NCBI RefSeq assembly: GCF_006345805.1
Contig: NC_043014.1
Span: 48,484,001 to 48,548,000, forward strand
From: Octopus sinensis
Taxonomy: Eukaryota
Reading direction: 5' to 3'
Length of the DNA: 64,000 nt
Of the stretch, positions 63,541 to 64,000 are shown piece by piece (position 1 is the first letter of the stretch; every line of letters begins with the position of its first letter). The position numbers and the translations under genes were made by a program. The notes beneath the pieces were generated by a model. The model made no database searches and was not told where the DNA came from. It worked only from the letters and a program-made list of their open reading frames with translations.

Positions 63541-63759
63541 GACTCCCCCAGGGTGCCAAGCCCCCACCCCTCACCATGGTCAACTCAGGTGCATCCAAAG
63601 TGACCCGAAATACAGCAACTGTGCAGCCCCTCAGTCAGGTATCATCGTCGCCTAGCAACAGTGTGACCTCGATCAGTGGCAACGCTGCCCTGAATGCCAC
63701 ACGCACATCTAGTTTTGCAGCTGCACTAAGGAAATTGGCTAATCAAGCCAAAGATCCAG
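63541..63759 (+). CDS. GSE1: GSE1 (Genetic suppressor element 1) N-terminal coding exon, 73 codons, phase 1-1
   Basis: Acceptor ttcttttcag| at 63540/1 and donor ccag|gtaatt at 63759/60. Translates GLPQGAKPPPLTMVNSGASKVTRNTATVQPLSQVSSSPSNSVTSISGNAALNATRTSSFAAALRKLANQAKDP. TRxTATVxPL and SSFAAALRKLAxQAxxP match the human GSE1 N-terminus as I recall it (TRTTATVNPL...SSSFAAALRKLAKQAEEP). Confidence 0.9.
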
Positions 63760-64000
63760 GTAATTGCACCTCCTTGTGCATGTCTTCACCGCATCATTCT
63801 TGTTATTGCTAATTGCGTTTTTACCCATCACTCTCGTCCACCGCTAATCATCATTCCCCGTCAATCTTTTGAAATTTCCCCCTCCTCCTCCTCTACCATT
63901 CCCTATGTGATTCATGGCTTCTTTCTTCGTTAATCCCAGTTCTTTTGTATTCATTTATTTGATTGTTTGTTATTATTATTATTAATTACCAGCAATTATA

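Overview
Eukaryotic (metazoan) genomic DNA, very probably from an octopus/coleoid cephalopod. That is inferred from the extreme microsatellite load and SINE families that resemble octopus SINEs as I recall them; it was not checked by search. The one securely recognisable coding segment is a 219-nt, phase 1-1 exon at 63541-63759 (+). It encodes GLPQGAKPPPLTMVNSGASKVTRNTATVQPL...SSFAAALRKLANQAKDP, the N-terminal signature of GSE1 (Genetic suppressor element 1, a CoREST/LSD1/HDAC complex subunit). A phase-compatible candidate first coding exon lies at 3679-3769, so most of the window is probably one ~60-kb first intron. That intron holds about 50 TE copies: at least 4 SINE families, piggyBac- and hAT-type MITEs, and RTE, CR1 and Penelope fragments. 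Three TE-poor, CpG-retaining, microsatellite-rich islands (1-10 kb, 39-41 kb, 54.4-57 kb) look like alternative promoters. The most unusual signal is a set of non-SINE inverted repeats: a fully paired 76-nt pre-miRNA-like hairpin (55375-55450), a ~332-bp inverted duplication (19.0/21.5 kb), a 31-bp inverted patch templated during a SINE insertion (27.9/28.2 kb), a 46-bp hairpin (47.8 kb) and an (AT)n-centred foldback (9.1 kb). Also notable are a 4x RFX X-box tandem array (60.3 kb) and a SINE-plus-flank chimera duplicated 2.7 kb away. Almost all ORFs in the supplied track are microsatellite or TE artefacts. No novel system is proven. All alignments were done by eye and family names are from recall.
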